From the human T2T-CHM13v2.0 reference genome, Homo sapiens, in NCBI RefSeq assembly GCF_009914755.1, contig NC_060933.1: 64,000 bases of DNA, one strand, 5' to 3'. The position numbers and the translations under genes are program-made. The number at the start of each line of letters is the position of its first letter. Position 1 is the first letter of the stretch. Of the stretch, positions 1 through 16,509 are shown piece by piece. Under the pieces are notes generated by a model that saw only the letters and a list, made by a program, of their open reading frames with translations, had not been told where the DNA came from and ran no database searches.

Positions 1-163
1 CGTATTTTATACATTCATGGCATAACTAACTTTGTCTTAATTTTTTTATATTTCTAGGTTATGCAGTTCATTTGTGAGTTTTTTCAGATTTGTCACAAAT
101 CTCAAAAAACTCTTCCAATATATTTATTGAAAAAAATCCAATAAAAGTGGACCTGCATAACTG
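1..163 (-). mobile_element. Tigger2-family (TcMar) DNA transposon end fragment
   Basis: '...ccaatatatttattgaaaaaaatcca..aagtggacctgca..actgta' resembles the reverse complement of the Tigger2/Tigger2b terminus, followed by TA. Confidence 0.65.
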
Positions 164-3098
164 TACAAAGATTCTCAGAAAGCTAATTTAGAACAAAGGG
201 GAGTAACTGCCTCTGCTCATAGGATGCGTAGAAATGTGAGAGAGCTATGGAAATGGCTTCCCAGCAATATTGTAATAATTATAATAAATGTAATAAGAGA
301 TTTTGAAATAACCTTAAAAATGAGGCCTGTAAATTTTAATGGTCTGTTTCTTTTAGTCCTTAGTTCCAGATTACAAAATATATGAAAATTTCTCCATTAT
401 TTATTTAGGATTAACTTTTATTGGCTCATTATAGCCATGATTGTATATATTTAAAAAATCTGTTAAGGAATACTGAGATGTTTTAGAAATTTTCATATTT
501 AATTAAATGTTGGTTTTTTTACTCAAATTACACTGCTGAATCTTAACATTTTTTATAAATTAATACAGGTATATTTTCTTTCATGAATTAGTTGATGCTA
601 TGTAAGTCCCCATACAGGTTTCATAAATATTCATCAGTGGCTCTGCTATATTTTAATCTGCATTGTCTTCCTTTGAGGTAACTATTGTTTTTGTCTGAGT
701 CTTTAATCAGTTATGACTTGACTTAATTTACATCTTGAGTTTAGTGTGATTATAACATAAAAGGGAATAGTTATCAGTATTTGAGGCTTAGTTATTACCA
801 ATGGATCTACATTGTCTATGATTACTTTAGAAAAAACTGTGGGGTAGTAATAATATGCAATAATCTCAGTTATGGTGGTCTCTCATTATTTTTAAAAGAT
901 GGTGATTATCAGTACTTTCCTAGAAAGGCAGGCACTTTGATCATTTTCCTGGGCTTGAAAATGTATTCTCAGAGATAGCTAAGTTTGGTGGAATGCCATC
1001 CCATGTCAATCTGGATGGCCAGGCTAAGGGCTTCAACTGATAATTAGGAAATAAAGTGTAGAAAAGAATAAAGCTTTATAGCTTTCTTGAGGAGACAACT
1101 AGAAAGCATTTTAGACTGGGAAAGAAGCCACTTTTGTGACATTTATCAATATTTTCCCAATAAAAATTTAGCATATTAATAGAAATATACAAGTTGTATT
1201 AAAATGGTAAAAAACTATGTCTTTCAAATAAGGAGCAAGGATATAAAATTTACTTTATTTATATACTTGATCCAAACACTTTTGTAAATTAACCTCCATT
1301 TTCTACTGCTATTTTATATGTTCATCTATCCATCAATGCCTGGATATCCAGGCAGGTAGACATTGACATCAAAGAATTCTGTCAGAGGGAAATAGGGTTG
1401 TACCTGTTTATTAAAATACAGTACCTAGCATGAGAAATAAGTAGAAGAACCTTTTGAATCCTAATAGTTTAACAACAGGAGAACTATAAGTTTACATGTT
1501 AGTCTCAATATGCTACAAAAGCAATTTAATATTGGTCTAAAATATTTTCACTGTTTGGTGCTTAAAAGAATTCCTTCTGAGATCAAGATAGACTCTAGAA
1601 ATCAAAGTAGCACTAGAACTATATTTGATTGGGCTAAATGTCCAAAATAACTAGAAAAGAAATACAGGCATCACTCAGTGATGACAACTATTATGCAGTG
1701 TGCCCTGACATGTGGCTTTGGTTAATATCCCTTAAGCAGGTAAGAGACAGTCAATTAGAAAAGCCCAAATACAGGAGATGAAAATGATGATCAGTGCTGC
1801 TCTGAAACCACAGGCTGAGAAAGTCCCCAGTCCTCTTCACCCTCTCTCTATAACAGGCATCAGCAACCACCAGGCCACGGACCATTAATGGAATCAGGCC
1901 ACACAGCAGGAGGTAGACAGCAGGCAAGCACGTGAAGTTCATCTGTATTTACAGGAACTCCCCATCACTCACACTACCACCTGTGCTCCACCTCCTGTCA
2001 GGGTAGTGGCAGAATTCGATTCTCATAGGAGTACAAACTCTATTGTGAACTGCACATACTAGGATTCTAGATTGTGTGCTCCTTATGAAAATCTAATGCC
2101 TAATGATCTGATGTAGAGTTGAAGTGGTGATGCTAGTGCTGGGGAGAGGCAGCAAATACAGATTAACATTAGCAGAGAGGCTGACTGCACAAAGACCATA
2201 AAAAATCAATTCCTCGCAGACTCATCAAAAGCCTATCAGTGAGTGTCAAATGACAATAAGCTGCATCTGGTGACAGGCTTTATAGTGGCAAATGAGGTGA
2301 AGTACTTCAGCTGTACCGCTGCGTTTGTTGCAGGCTTTAAGTCAGAATCTGACACTTATTTTAGTCCACATATAACCCGCCTATGATTTTATTTACTGTC
2401 TGCCCCTCTTTCCCGCACTGTGCACTTGTCTTAATCACAGTTTTGGTAAGCTCACAGGCAAATCCCAGCAAAAATGAGTAAAAACCAAACATCACTTAGG
2501 AGCTTACTTGAAAAGGGGGAAGACTTAATGATGAGATAGCAGAAGACTAAGCCCATCGACAAAAGAAAGCTACATTTAAAAGAAAATATATAAAATTGTG
2601 TAATGTGTGGTGACTGGCTATCCAATATAGTCATGAAAACTTCAAAACTACTTCACCACATGGAGACCAAGTGCCCTGCATTAAAAGACGAACCTTTGGA
2701 GTTTTTCAAAAGAAAAAAAAATAACATAAAGAACAGAAGCAATTATTGAAGGCCACCACTTCATCAAATGCGTCTGCACCAAGAGCATCATTCTTAGAGC
2801 TTAACTGCATTGCGAAAGCTAAGAAGCCCTTTACTATTGGTGAAGAGTTGACCCTGCCTCCTGCTAAGGACATTTGTCCTGAACATTTAGCAAAGGCTGC
2901 AGTTCAAAAGGTGGCACGTATTCCTCTTTTGGCTAGCACCATAACTAGACAAATTGATCAAATAGCAGATATTGAGGCACAATAGTCAGAAAGGATTAAT
3001 TAGTCACTGTGGTAAGAAATCCAGGTTGACAAGTCTACTGAAGTTGACAACAAGGCAATAATTCTTGTTTTTGTGAGATATATTTTTCAGGGCATTGT

Positions 3099-3467
<369 letters not shown>

Positions 3468-4410
3468 CTACAGCTGCACAACTATTCAAGTCTTTGAATG
3501 ATTACATATCAGGAAAACTGAAGTGGTCATTTTGTGTTGTATATGCACAGATGGAGTGGCTGCCACGACTGGATGGCTTTCTGGTTTCACTACTCGGGTC
3601 AGTCCAACAGGTCGCTTCTGAATGTGAGTCTATGCACTGTGTCATCCACAGAGAAATGCTGGCTGGCCAAAAAAAAATGTCATCTCAACTTAACAATGTT
3701 TTGCAGGGTGTGATTAAAATTATCAACCACATTAAAGTACATGCCCTTAAATCATGTCTGTTCATGCAGCTCTGTGAGGAGATGGATACAGAGCACTCAT
3801 GTCTTCTCTTGTACACAGAAGTGAGGTGGCTTTCTAAAGATAGACCACTGGCCAGAGTTTTTGAGTCATGAAGCCTGCTCCAGGGATTCCTTTTCAAAAC
3901 AGTCATCACTGGCAGCACATTTCAGTGACACAGAATGGGTCGCAAAACTTGCTTACTTGTGTAATGTATTCAACCTGCTCAACAAACTCAATCTGTCAAT
4001 TTGGGGGAGACTGATAACTGTGTTCCAGTCAGCAGATGAAGTGCCTGCTTTCAAAACCAAATTGGAATTATGGGGCCAACAAGTGAACATTGGGGTTTTT
4101 GACATGTTTCAAACATTAGCAGATATTTTGAAAGAGACAGAGCCAGGGCCTCCTTTCTCCCAGCAGGTGCATGATTGCCATTCTTAGGTTTCAAAAGAGT
4201 CTGAGCTTTGCCTTCTGTGATGGTTAACACTGAGTGTAAACTCGATTGGACTGAAGAATGCAAAGTATTGATCCTGAGTGTGTCTGTGAGGGTGTTGCCA
4301 AAGGAGATTAACATTTGAGTCAGTGGGCTGGGAAAGGCAGACCCACCCTTAATCTGGGTGGGCACCATCTAATCAGCTGCCAGTGTGGCTAGAATATAAA
4401 GTAGGCAGAA

Positions 4411-5870
<1,460 letters not shown>

Positions 5871-6717
5871 TAAAGCAGGTAGAAAAATGTGAGAAGACTA
5901 CACTGGCTAGCCTCCAAGGCTACATCTTTCTCCCATGCTGGATGCTTCCTGCCCTGGAACATCAGACTACAAGTTGTTCAGTTTTCACTCAGACTGGCTC
6001 TCCTTGCTCCTCAGCTGGCAGACGGACTATTGTGGGACCTTGTGATCATATGAGTTACTACTTAATAAACTCCCCTTATATATATCTATCTATCCCATTA
6101 GTTCTGTCCCTCTAGAGAACCCTGACTGATACACTTTCCCGCCACAAAAGACCCCTGAGCTGGGAAGGAATGGATTTGTGATCCATTTTGTGAATAACCT
6201 GTGAATCCACTTAGTCTGTGCTAGAAGAGGATTAACTGCTTGAGATCACAAATGATGGCGGCCTTAAAAGTAAGTTTGACACAAATTCAAACCTCCATAC
6301 ATTCTGGATTAATGTCAAAGTGGAATATCCTGAGATTGCCACAAAAGCACTGAAAAGTCTGCTTCCATTTCCAACATCCGATCTTTGTGAAGCAGAGTTT
6401 TCTGCAGTGACACCAACCAAATTGAGATTATGAAGTAGACTGGACATAAGAAGCACACTTCAGGTGTCACTGACTCCCATCACTTCCAGATAGGACCATT
6501 TAGTTGCAGGAAAGCTAGCTCAGGGTTCCAACCGATTCTACATGATAGTGAGTTGTATAATTTTTATTGTATATGACAATGTAATAATTACAGAAATAAA
6601 GAGCACAACAAATGTGATGCATATGTTTTCATCCTGAAAACATGCCCTGCTCTGGTCTATAGAAAAATTATCTTCCCTGAAACTGGTCCCTGGTGGCAAA
6701 AAGGTTGAGGACCACTT

Positions 6718-6937
6718 TACTATAGGGTAGGGGTTGTTCATCAGGGATATGGGGGACAATCTAAGTACAATAACATCAAGGTCGTTTGACCTAAGAGCAA
6801 GATTTATGATAAATACCTGCTCCTACACAAAGAACAATAAATGAACTGGAAATCTTAGAGGGCTTCCTAGAACAAGGGTTAATCAGAAGCCAACATGACA
6901 AATTAGCTTCCCAGATGGAGTTGCTCTAGCCTCCAAC
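6718..6937 (-). mobile_element. LTR47-like LTR, U3 part only
   Basis: Reverse complement reads 'tggaggctagagcaactccatctgggaagctaat..ttctgattaaccc..ttaggtcaaacgaccttgatgttattgtactt', matching my recollection of the LTR47 5' half. Confidence 0.65.
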
Positions 6938-7577
6938 TGTCATCATCAATCCAACTTTTATAATCTCACGTGTCCTTTTCCTCAATGGTTCCTGAGCCTT
7001 TAGGGAGAGTGCCTGAATATTATATATTATACAGCTTTAGCAGCAGTGCATTGGCAATGCAAAACAGATAGTGCCCAATGGGATTCCAAATGAGGGAGAT
7101 TCACGGGTTCTGTTGAATCATCTCTAGTCTCCAGCATACCATGACTTTGGTTTTCTCGGAAGAAGTAAAACAATGAGAGATACATAACATGAATAACTTG
7201 AATAGTAGAAATATAATGCATATGAGGATTATAATCAAAAGAGAATTTGGATGCCAGCATATCACCAACAGAAAAGGAATGTATTCCATTAGGTAGCCAA
7301 TTAAAATTATCTTGAAGAAAGTTAAAACCCAGTTATTATTAAATAATTCTTACAGCCAGTAAGTAATTCAGGATTAAGCCCAAATTGCAGGCAAGTAATA
7401 AAAACTCAAAAGCAATGGTCAGGGCTAGAATCCAATTATTTGTCTCTTTAGGTTTCCCATTTCTACCAAGGATAAATCATAGTAGGAATAATTTATTAGC
7501 AAAATAAATTTTGGTCTCACTGTTCTTGGCCTGATTATTTGCATGAAATATAGCAATAATAGTGATTAGACTTATAG

Positions 7578-7896
<319 letters not shown>

Positions 7897-8489
7897 GCTG
7901 GAACTTTTATAAATAATTTCATATTTGACTTTTTAAAAGCCTCAAGGCTAGAAGCCAAGCCAAAGAATCACCATTAGACTGTTTGTATTCCCTGTACAAA
8001 TACCTCTCTTCTCAAGATCACAAAATATCTTGAGGTTCCTGGGCCTGCTAGAAAGTGACATTCTTTAATTACCACTGGTCAGCAGCCTTATAAGTCACCC
8101 ATTTAGACAACATGCTAGGCTAGTCTTTCCAAGGGGCTTTTTATTGACTCTATAAATCTGACTTCAATTCCTCAAAGCAGTATGGTCATATCGCAAAAGA
8201 TACTATTCCAGTATACAATATTCCAGACAAAGCCTTGGTAAATTAACCAATGTTTCCAATCTTATCCTGTTACAAAAGGAAATAGATTCTTACTGAACTT
8301 AGGCAAATAACCATATTGCCATAAAATAAGGATACTCATAAATATTTTACAAATTTTGGAGAACTGAGAGGGAAAGGTAAATTTTGCTCACACACACACA
8401 AAAATACTTTACCCATATTCTCTATGCTATAAATGGCTAGAAAGAAAAAGAGGTTTTCTTGACTCTTCTTCAATCAGAGTAGCAACCTT

Positions 8490-8681
8490 CTACACAAGAT
8501 GTTGTCCATTTACTTTGGAACTGCCATCCATTAACCAAGAAGTGCTTTGTAAGTCAGGTGAGAACTGCTGATAAGCCACTGTGGAATCCAGAAGCTCCCC
8601 ATACAGTTCCAGAGTTAGTCCTAGGGGAAAAAGAAGCTCCTTGCTTGTGAGTATCTCCACTTCATGATCTCCAGGTAGCAT
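8490..8681 (-). pseudogene. ERV-L-like pol relic (start of RNase H)
   Basis: VAYQQFSPDLQSTSWLMDGSSKVNG resembles ERV-L VPYDQLT..RAWFTDGSA (first catalytic Asp of RNase H). Confidence 0.6.
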
Positions 8682-11031
8682 GATCCTATATAAACCATTT
8701 CTATTAGCATGGAACTCTTGGGCACTGCTATCCCCATTAGCATAGGAGTGATTCAGTTAATGCCCCACAGCAAGGCGGTAAATACCTATCAAGTGGAAAT
8801 TCTCTAATCCACAGTCCCAGTTGGCATCATTGTGAGGTGGTCATAGGCTTTTGCCATAAATCCTAGTAAATGCCTTACAAAGGGCTATTAGGTGAAGAAT
8901 TTGTCCAGACCAGCACTTTAGCTTCTATTCTACACTCTGTAGACTCCAGAAATCTTATCAGTTTTCATTAGTGGGTCCAATCAACATTGCTAAAAGAGTG
9001 GATGTATCTACATTTGGTCTGATAGTACTAGGTAGAGGAAATGCCTCCAGTTAGATACAATATTCATTTTCATAGACATTTAAATGAGTCACAACTACTT
9101 CAAATAAAGCCTATTTAAATATTTTAATTTTCATAATCTTATCAACCTATACATTTTTATGTTATGGTCTCAGGAATTTCTTTTCTCCACACTCAGACCA
9201 TTTTACCCTCTGTTGTGAAAAAGGATTTGGGTTTCCAGCAGGAGGGTGAGCCATGGGATTCTAATACTTTTGTTAATCTTTATCTTTGTCTAACCTTGGA
9301 CTAACCTGCTTCAGCATTGCCTTGGGCAATTGTTGGCTGGTTTTCTCATGAAAACTTTTGCCTCGTAATTTTTTAAAATATATTTTTCTAATCTAGGGTA
9401 AATCCAGAAAACTGATTTGGAGCCATTAATGTTAGGGGGCCAGCAGGGGCTCCCTTTGGACCAACAACTTTTGATAGTGTTGTGTTAAGACTACTGTTTT
9501 AATGTCATAAATTTCCATTTTATTCCTTCCATTTCTTATTAATGATTTAAAGTTTCTAGTATTTTTAATTACATGTATTAACTACTATTTTAACTCTGAT
9601 TAACTCCAATTTCCAGTGAGAAACCTAGGATTACTTAATTTAACATACCATGACTTTAGGGTTTTAAATTACTAAATCTAATTTGAAACTAGTTTTATTC
9701 ACCAAAGAGCACTCAAGTCCTGTGAAATAAAAGGCATTTGAGTTAACATATGTTTTTCTGATAAAAATGGTTGATTTAAGCACTTACTTTTCTTTAAGCC
9801 AATTGATTAAAGCTCTTTCATATATTTTAGTAGTGACGTATAACATACACATGATCTATAAACATATATGCACACACCCAGACAGAGGCAGATCTTACAG
9901 ATTTATAAGATTCTTCAGTTGCCAGTTTTTTAACAGTTTCTCTCTCCATCCTACACTATTAATCATTTTCAAAGACATGATGTTTAGGTGAAACAAGGTA
10001 GAACGTTTCCCTCTCAAAGGCACTGAACTTAGACCTAAACACATTTATCTACAAAGAAGATTACCAGGAAAAGTGTGCTCTTTTCAACCTATCTTGTTTC
10101 TTCGGTAGATTACTGGCTTCATTGTGGAGCCCCTTCAAGAACAGAGCCAAGAAAGCACCATGCTTTCCTTATCCAAACACCCAAAGAAACAAGTAGCCCA
10201 CTGCAGTAATAATCATTTACTACAACCCACCATTAGCCACCTTTAACACTATAGTTCTCACCATGGCTGCCAGCCAATACACACCAAAGTCAAGTTCTCT
10301 CACAATACCAAGCAATTTCTGGTATCCCCCCAAAAGTTAAAGAGATCAAGTAATACTACAAAAGAGAACAGAGTTTTAGACCTGAGAGGAGTCTCTCTGC
10401 TTAAAGCTTTTGGGATTCCATGAGGAAAAACAGATTCCTCCCAAAAAAACAGTGTCTTTGGCACCTTTCTGTTTTCCACAAGGAATCCCAGCCTGTTAGA
10501 CATTTCCTCTATTAGGGCCCTCATTTGTCATCAGAGGTAGCAAGGGAAAAGAGGGATAGAGAGAAGCAAATGGAGAAACAGACAAGAATCAGTCAACTGA
10601 AAAGTTTTACAACAGAGAGCAGAGGCTTTAAAACAATACATGCATGTACACATATAGTCCAAATATCAGTTTTAACTAAGTCAATTTTTGACAATACAGC
10701 TCTTTAAAAAATTGTTTTTCTAATTGTAATTCCTACTGAAGTCATTTTACTTTGCTTCTGCTGCTAGTTGGGCTCCCATCGTCAAAGAGGCAGCCCACAG
10801 AAGAGGCCATCTTACTACAGCTGCTGCTGGCTGCTGTTCCTTATGCCATGTAGTGTGATGGGCAGCTCTCTACTTAAAATTGTTCTAAACATGCTGATGT
10901 ATTCAAGGCATCCCTGGACTCATGCACAAGCATCTAAAAGCTGAGCCATACCATGTCACATGGAAGTGGGTGCCACCTGGGATTTCCCCCACAGATGCTT
11001 CATTCTTTTTGTCCATGTCTTGGGCTGTCAG

Positions 11032-11049
11032 CTCCTGGCCTGGCTCACA
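11032..11049 (-). other. Retroviral primer-binding site, tRNA-Arg type
   Basis: + strand ctcctggcctggctcaca is close to the tRNA-Arg(ACG) 3' end CTCCTGGCTGGCTCGCCA and sits next to the LTR U5 end. Confidence 0.7.
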
Positions 11050-11055
11050 TTTTAA

Positions 11056-11222
11056 TGTAGGCAGGTCTATGCAAACCTATCTCAAAGTCTGAGGAAGCTA
11101 AAAGGCTGAAGAAAGAGGTGGACAAATCCAGTTTCTTAGAATAAATATTTAATAGTGTCTTATGAACAGAAGCTATGTCTGTGTCTCCGGTGGCAGTGAG
11201 AAAAGATGGTGGATCCTCACCA
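11056..11222 (-). mobile_element. LTR47-like LTR, R-U5 part only
   Basis: 'tgtaggcaggtctatgcaaacc..gaggaagcta..gacaaatccagtttc..ggtggatcc'. ATTAAA poly(A) signal on the minus strand at 11148-11153. Confidence 0.65.
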
Positions 11223-11286
11223 GATTTCTGTCTTTATCTTAACCAATGACTGTACTGCATGTGTTTTTATTATCTCATTTTCTAGC

Positions 11287-11546
11287 TGTGTTAGTCAGAG
11301 ATTTCTAGAGAGACAGAACTAATAGGTTAGATGTATATATAAAAAGGAGTTTATTAAGTATTAACTCACATGATCACAGGGTCCCACAATAGGCCATTTG
11401 CAAGCCGAGGAGCTAGGAAGCCAGTTCAAGTGTCAAAGCTGAAGAACTTTGAGTCCAACATTTGAGGGCCAGAAGAATCCAGCATGGGAAAAAGATGTAG
11501 GCTGAGGGACTAAGCCAGTCTAATCTCTCCACGTTCTTCTGCCTGC

Positions 11547-11588
<42 letters not shown>

Positions 11589-12170
11589 CTTTAAGTTTTA
11601 GGGTACATGTGCACGATGTGCCAGTTAGTTTCATATGTATACATGTGCCATGCTGGTGTGCTGCACCCATTAACTCGTCATTTAGCATTAGGTATATCTC
11701 CTAATGCTATCCCTCCCCGCTCCCCCCACCCCACAACAGTCCCCAGAGTGTGATGTTCCCCTTCCTGTGTCCATGTGTTCTCATTGTTCAATTCCCATCT
11801 ATGAGTGAGAACATGTGGTGTTTGGTTTTTTGTCCTTGCGATAGTTTACTGAGAATGATGGTTTCCAATTTCATCCATGTCCCTACAAAGAACATGAACT
11901 CATCCTTTTTTATGGCTGCATAGTATTCCATGGTGTATATGTGCCACATTTTCTTAATCCAGTCTATCATTGTTGGACATTTGGGTTGGTTCCAAGTGCT
12001 GTGCTGGCAGCTGATTAGATGGTGCCCACCTGGATTGAGGGTGGGTTTGCCTCTCCCAGTCCACTGACTCAAATGTTAATCTCCTTTGGCAACACACTCA
12101 CATACACTCCCAGGAACAATACTTTGCATCTTCAATTCAATTAAGTTGCCATTCAGTTTTAACCCTCACA
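11287..12170 (-). mobile_element. MLT2A1 solo LTR split by L1 (11287-11550 and 11998-12170)
   Basis: Reverse-complement MLT2A1 with TG..CA ends and TSD ctagc/ctatc. Confidence 0.9.
11551..11997 (-). mobile_element. Short L1PA3-like 3' end with (TAA)n tail
   Basis: Minus-strand 3' UTR reads 'aatgctaaatgacgagttaatgggtgcagcacaccagcatggc'. ORF2 end WNQPKCPTMIDWIKK...SLIDGN. Confidence 0.92.
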
Positions 12171-12519
12171 CTATCATTTCTATGATGGTTAATTTTTGCT
12201 TCACTGAAAATACAAAAACTTTTTTAGCATTTCATTTGTTTTCTATGATGTTTTTCAAAATACAAAATGTTTGTCTAAAATACAAATGTTCAGTTTTTCT
12301 TATTTAAATTTCATACTAATATTATCCCAGGGCCTATGAATCACTGCTTACTTCTAAATATAAATACAGTGTTTGCTTGTGTTAAGAGTAAATCTGTTAT
12401 TGCTGTTCAGTTTCTTAATACTAAAGCTTTTTTACAGATCATTCTTGTAGATGCTTCTTACAGCATTATAAGAGACTAATATTTATAACCCTTGTAAAAG
12501 TTCTGTAGTTGTTTTGTTA

Positions 12520-12650
12520 ACATTTATTCATGCATGTATTTACCAAATATTTATTTTGTGTAGTCCATATGGTAGGTAGCATGCTATGAGCTGGCAATAA
12601 AGAGTGAGTAATTCTGTAGGCCCTTGTGGATTTTTCAGTCTAGCAATCAT
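12520..12650 (-). mobile_element. L2 3' end relic
   Basis: 'catttattcatgcatgtatttaccaaatattta..atgctatgagctggcaataaagagtgag' follows the L2 3' pattern. Confidence 0.45.
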
Positions 12651-13117
12651 ATATGTAAGAGGACCTAGTAAGGGCTTGAGGTCTCATTATCTTGAACATC
12701 TTGCTATGCAAAGAAACTTTATTCTTCATTATTTGCATAAGCCTTTGGTAGCCAGACGTTAGTTGTTTGCTTAATTAGCCTCCCATGTAAAGCACTCACA
12801 CTGCCCTTTCAGACTCAATATCATCACCAATTAAAATTTAATCTCGAAAATATAAGTAGAGAAATTTTAGTAAGAGACATGTAGACCATTAGGAGTCATT
12901 TCTAATGTTGAATGTGTACTTATTGGGGCCACGAACAGGCATAAGTATTTTACACGTATTGTCTCATTTAATATCTAAAACAGCATGACATAATAATAAC
13001 AAAAATAATTTAAATTAATTGATTTTATATGCTATGTGTAAGTTACTGTTTTAGGAACACAGTATTAATTCATTTAATTCTCACCAAAATTCTCTGATGT
13101 AGGCACTATTACCATCC

Positions 13118-13803
<686 letters not shown>

Positions 13804-14240
13804 CATCCTTATTAGGAATAAAAAGTGGAAGTAATACCCCAATGTCACATGGCTAGTAAGTGGTAACAGCAGGATTTGAGACTAGGCAGTCTAAAACCAA
13901 AGTCTGCTGTCTTAACCACTGTGCTACATTGCTCCTCAAGTGGGTACTAGTCATCATTGTCATTTTACAGATAAGAAAAAAGAGCAGAGAAAGTTTGAGT
14001 AACTTGATAGTCTTGTAAATTGTGCAGCCCTAAATTTCAGTCTGACTTTAAAGTCTGGACTATGGAACAGGTAATATCCTTCTTTATCTATTCAAAAAAC
14101 AGAAAACATTTGGAAGTAATCTTGTTTAGGGGACAGAGACCTTTTTCCTCTCTCATTGGAAAATAATCTGTATCCTTGTGTCAACTGTATATGATAGAAT
14201 TTAGAAGACAAATTCTTCTTATTTCTCTGTATTGACACCT

Positions 14241-16509
14241 TGATATGGTTTGGCAGTGTCCCCATCCAAATATTATCTTGAATTGTAACTCCCACAATTC
14301 CCATATGTCTTGGGAGGAACCTGGTGGGAGGTTATTATATTTGGGGGCAGGTCTTTCCTGTGCTGTTCTCGTGATAGTGAATGAGTCTCACAAGATCTGA
14401 TGGTTTTAAAAAATGGAAGTTTCCCTGCGCAAACTCTTTTCTCCTGTCTGCTGCCATGTGAGACATGCCTTTAACCTTTTGCCATGATTGTGAGGCCTCC
14501 CCAGCCATGTGGAACTATAAGTCCAATAATTCTTTTTCCTATATAAATTTCCCAGTCTCGGGTATGTCTTTATCAACAGCATGAAAATGGACTAATATGG
14601 TAAATTGGTACCAGGAGTGGGGTGTTGCTGAAAAATACCTGAAAATGTGGAAGCAACTTTGGGACTGGGTAACAGGCAAAGGTTGGAACAGTTTGGAGGG
14701 CTTCAAAAAGACAGGAAAATGTAGAAAAGTTTGGAACTTCCTAGAGACTTGTGGAATGGCTTTGACAAAATGCCGATAGTGATATGAACAATAAGGTCCA
14801 GGCTGAGATGGTCTCAGATAAAGATGAGGAACTTGTTGGGAACTGGAGCAAAGGTGATGCTTGTTAGGTTTCAGCAAAGAGACTGGTGGGTTTTTGCCCC
14901 TGCCCTAGAGATTTGTGGAACTTTGAACTTGAGGGAGATGTAGGGTATCTGGTGGAATAAATTTCTAACCAGCAAAGCATTCAAGGGGTGACTTGGGTGG
15001 TGTTAAAGACATTTAGTTTTATAAGGAAAGCAGAGCATAAAAGTTCAGAAAATGTGCAGCCTGACAATGCAATAGAAAAGAAAATCCCATTTTGTGAGAA
15101 CCAATTCAAGTCAGCTACAGAAATTTGTATAAGTAATGAGGAGCCAAATGTGAATCCCGAAGGTAATGGGGAAAATGTCTCCAGGGCACCTCAGAGGTCT
15201 TCACACCAGCCCCTCTCATCACAGGCCTGGAGGCCTAGGAGGAAAACATAGTTTCTTGGGTCAGGCCCAGGGTCCCTGTGCTGTGTTCAGCCTAGGAACT
15301 TGGTGCCCTGCATCCAGTCTGCTCCAGCCGTGGCTGAAAGGGGCCAATGTGGAGTTCAAGCTATGGCTTCAGAGGGTGCAAGCCTCAAGCCTTGGCAGCT
15401 TCCGTGTGGTGTTGAGCCTGCAAGTGCACAAATGTCAAGAATTGAGGTTTGGGACTCTCTGCCTAGATTTCAGAAGATGTATGGAAATGCCTGAATGCCC
15501 AGGCAGAAGTTTGGTGAGGGGTAGTGCTCTCATAGATAACCTCTGCTAGGGCAGTGTGAAAGGGAAATGTGGGGTCAGAGCCCTCACACAGGGCCCCTAC
15601 TGGGGCACTGCCTAGTGGAGCTGCGAGAAGAGGCCCCAGAAATGGTAGATCCATCAACAGCTTGCACCATGCACCTGGAAAAGCTGCAGACACTCATTGC
15701 TAGTCTGTGAAAACAGCCAAGAAGGAGACTGTACCCTGCAAAGCTGCAGGGGCAGTGCCACCCAAGACCATGGGAACCCACCTCTTGCATCAGCATGACC
15801 TGGATGGGAGACATGAAGTCAAAGATCATTTGGGATCTTTAAGATTTGACTGATGGATTTCAGACTTGCTTGGGGCCTGTAGCCCCTTTGTTTTGGCCAA
15901 TTTCTCCCATTTGGAATGGCTGTATTTACCCAATACCTGTACCCCCCATTGTATCTAGGAAGTAACTAACTTGGTTTTGATTTTACAGGCTCATGGGCGG
16001 AAAGGAATTGCCTTGTCTCAGATGAGACATTGGACTGTGGACTTTTAAGTTAATGTTGAAACGAGTTAAGACATTGGGGGACTGTTGGAAAGGCATGATT
16101 TGTTTAGAAATGTGAGGACATGAGATTTGGGAGGGGCCGGAGGTGGAATGACGTGGTTTGGCTGTGTCCCCACCCAAATCTCATCTTGAGTTGTAACTCC
16201 CACAATTCCTACATGTTGTGGGAGGAACCCAGTGGGAAGGTGATTAAATTATGGATGTGGGTCCTTCCAGTGCTGTTCTTACGATAGTGAATGAGTCTCA
16301 CAATCTCTGATGATTTTACAAAATGGAAGTTTCCCTGCACAAACTATTTTCTCTTGTCTGCTGCCATGTGAGACATGCCTTTCACCTTCTGCCATGATTG
16401 TGAGGCCTCCCCAGCCATGTGGAACTGTAAGTCCAATAAATCTTTTTCCCGTGTAAGTTTCCCAGTCTTGGGTATGTCTTTATCAGCAGCATGAAAACGG
16501 ACTAATACA
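14241..16509 (+). mobile_element. Full-length THE1B MaLR (LTR 14241-~14599, internal, LTR 16149-16509)
   Basis: Two directly repeated ~360-bp LTRs 'tgatatggtttggc...ggactaata' around THE1-int 'gtaaattggtaccaggagtggggtgttgctgaaaa'. TSD cacct. Confidence 0.93.
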
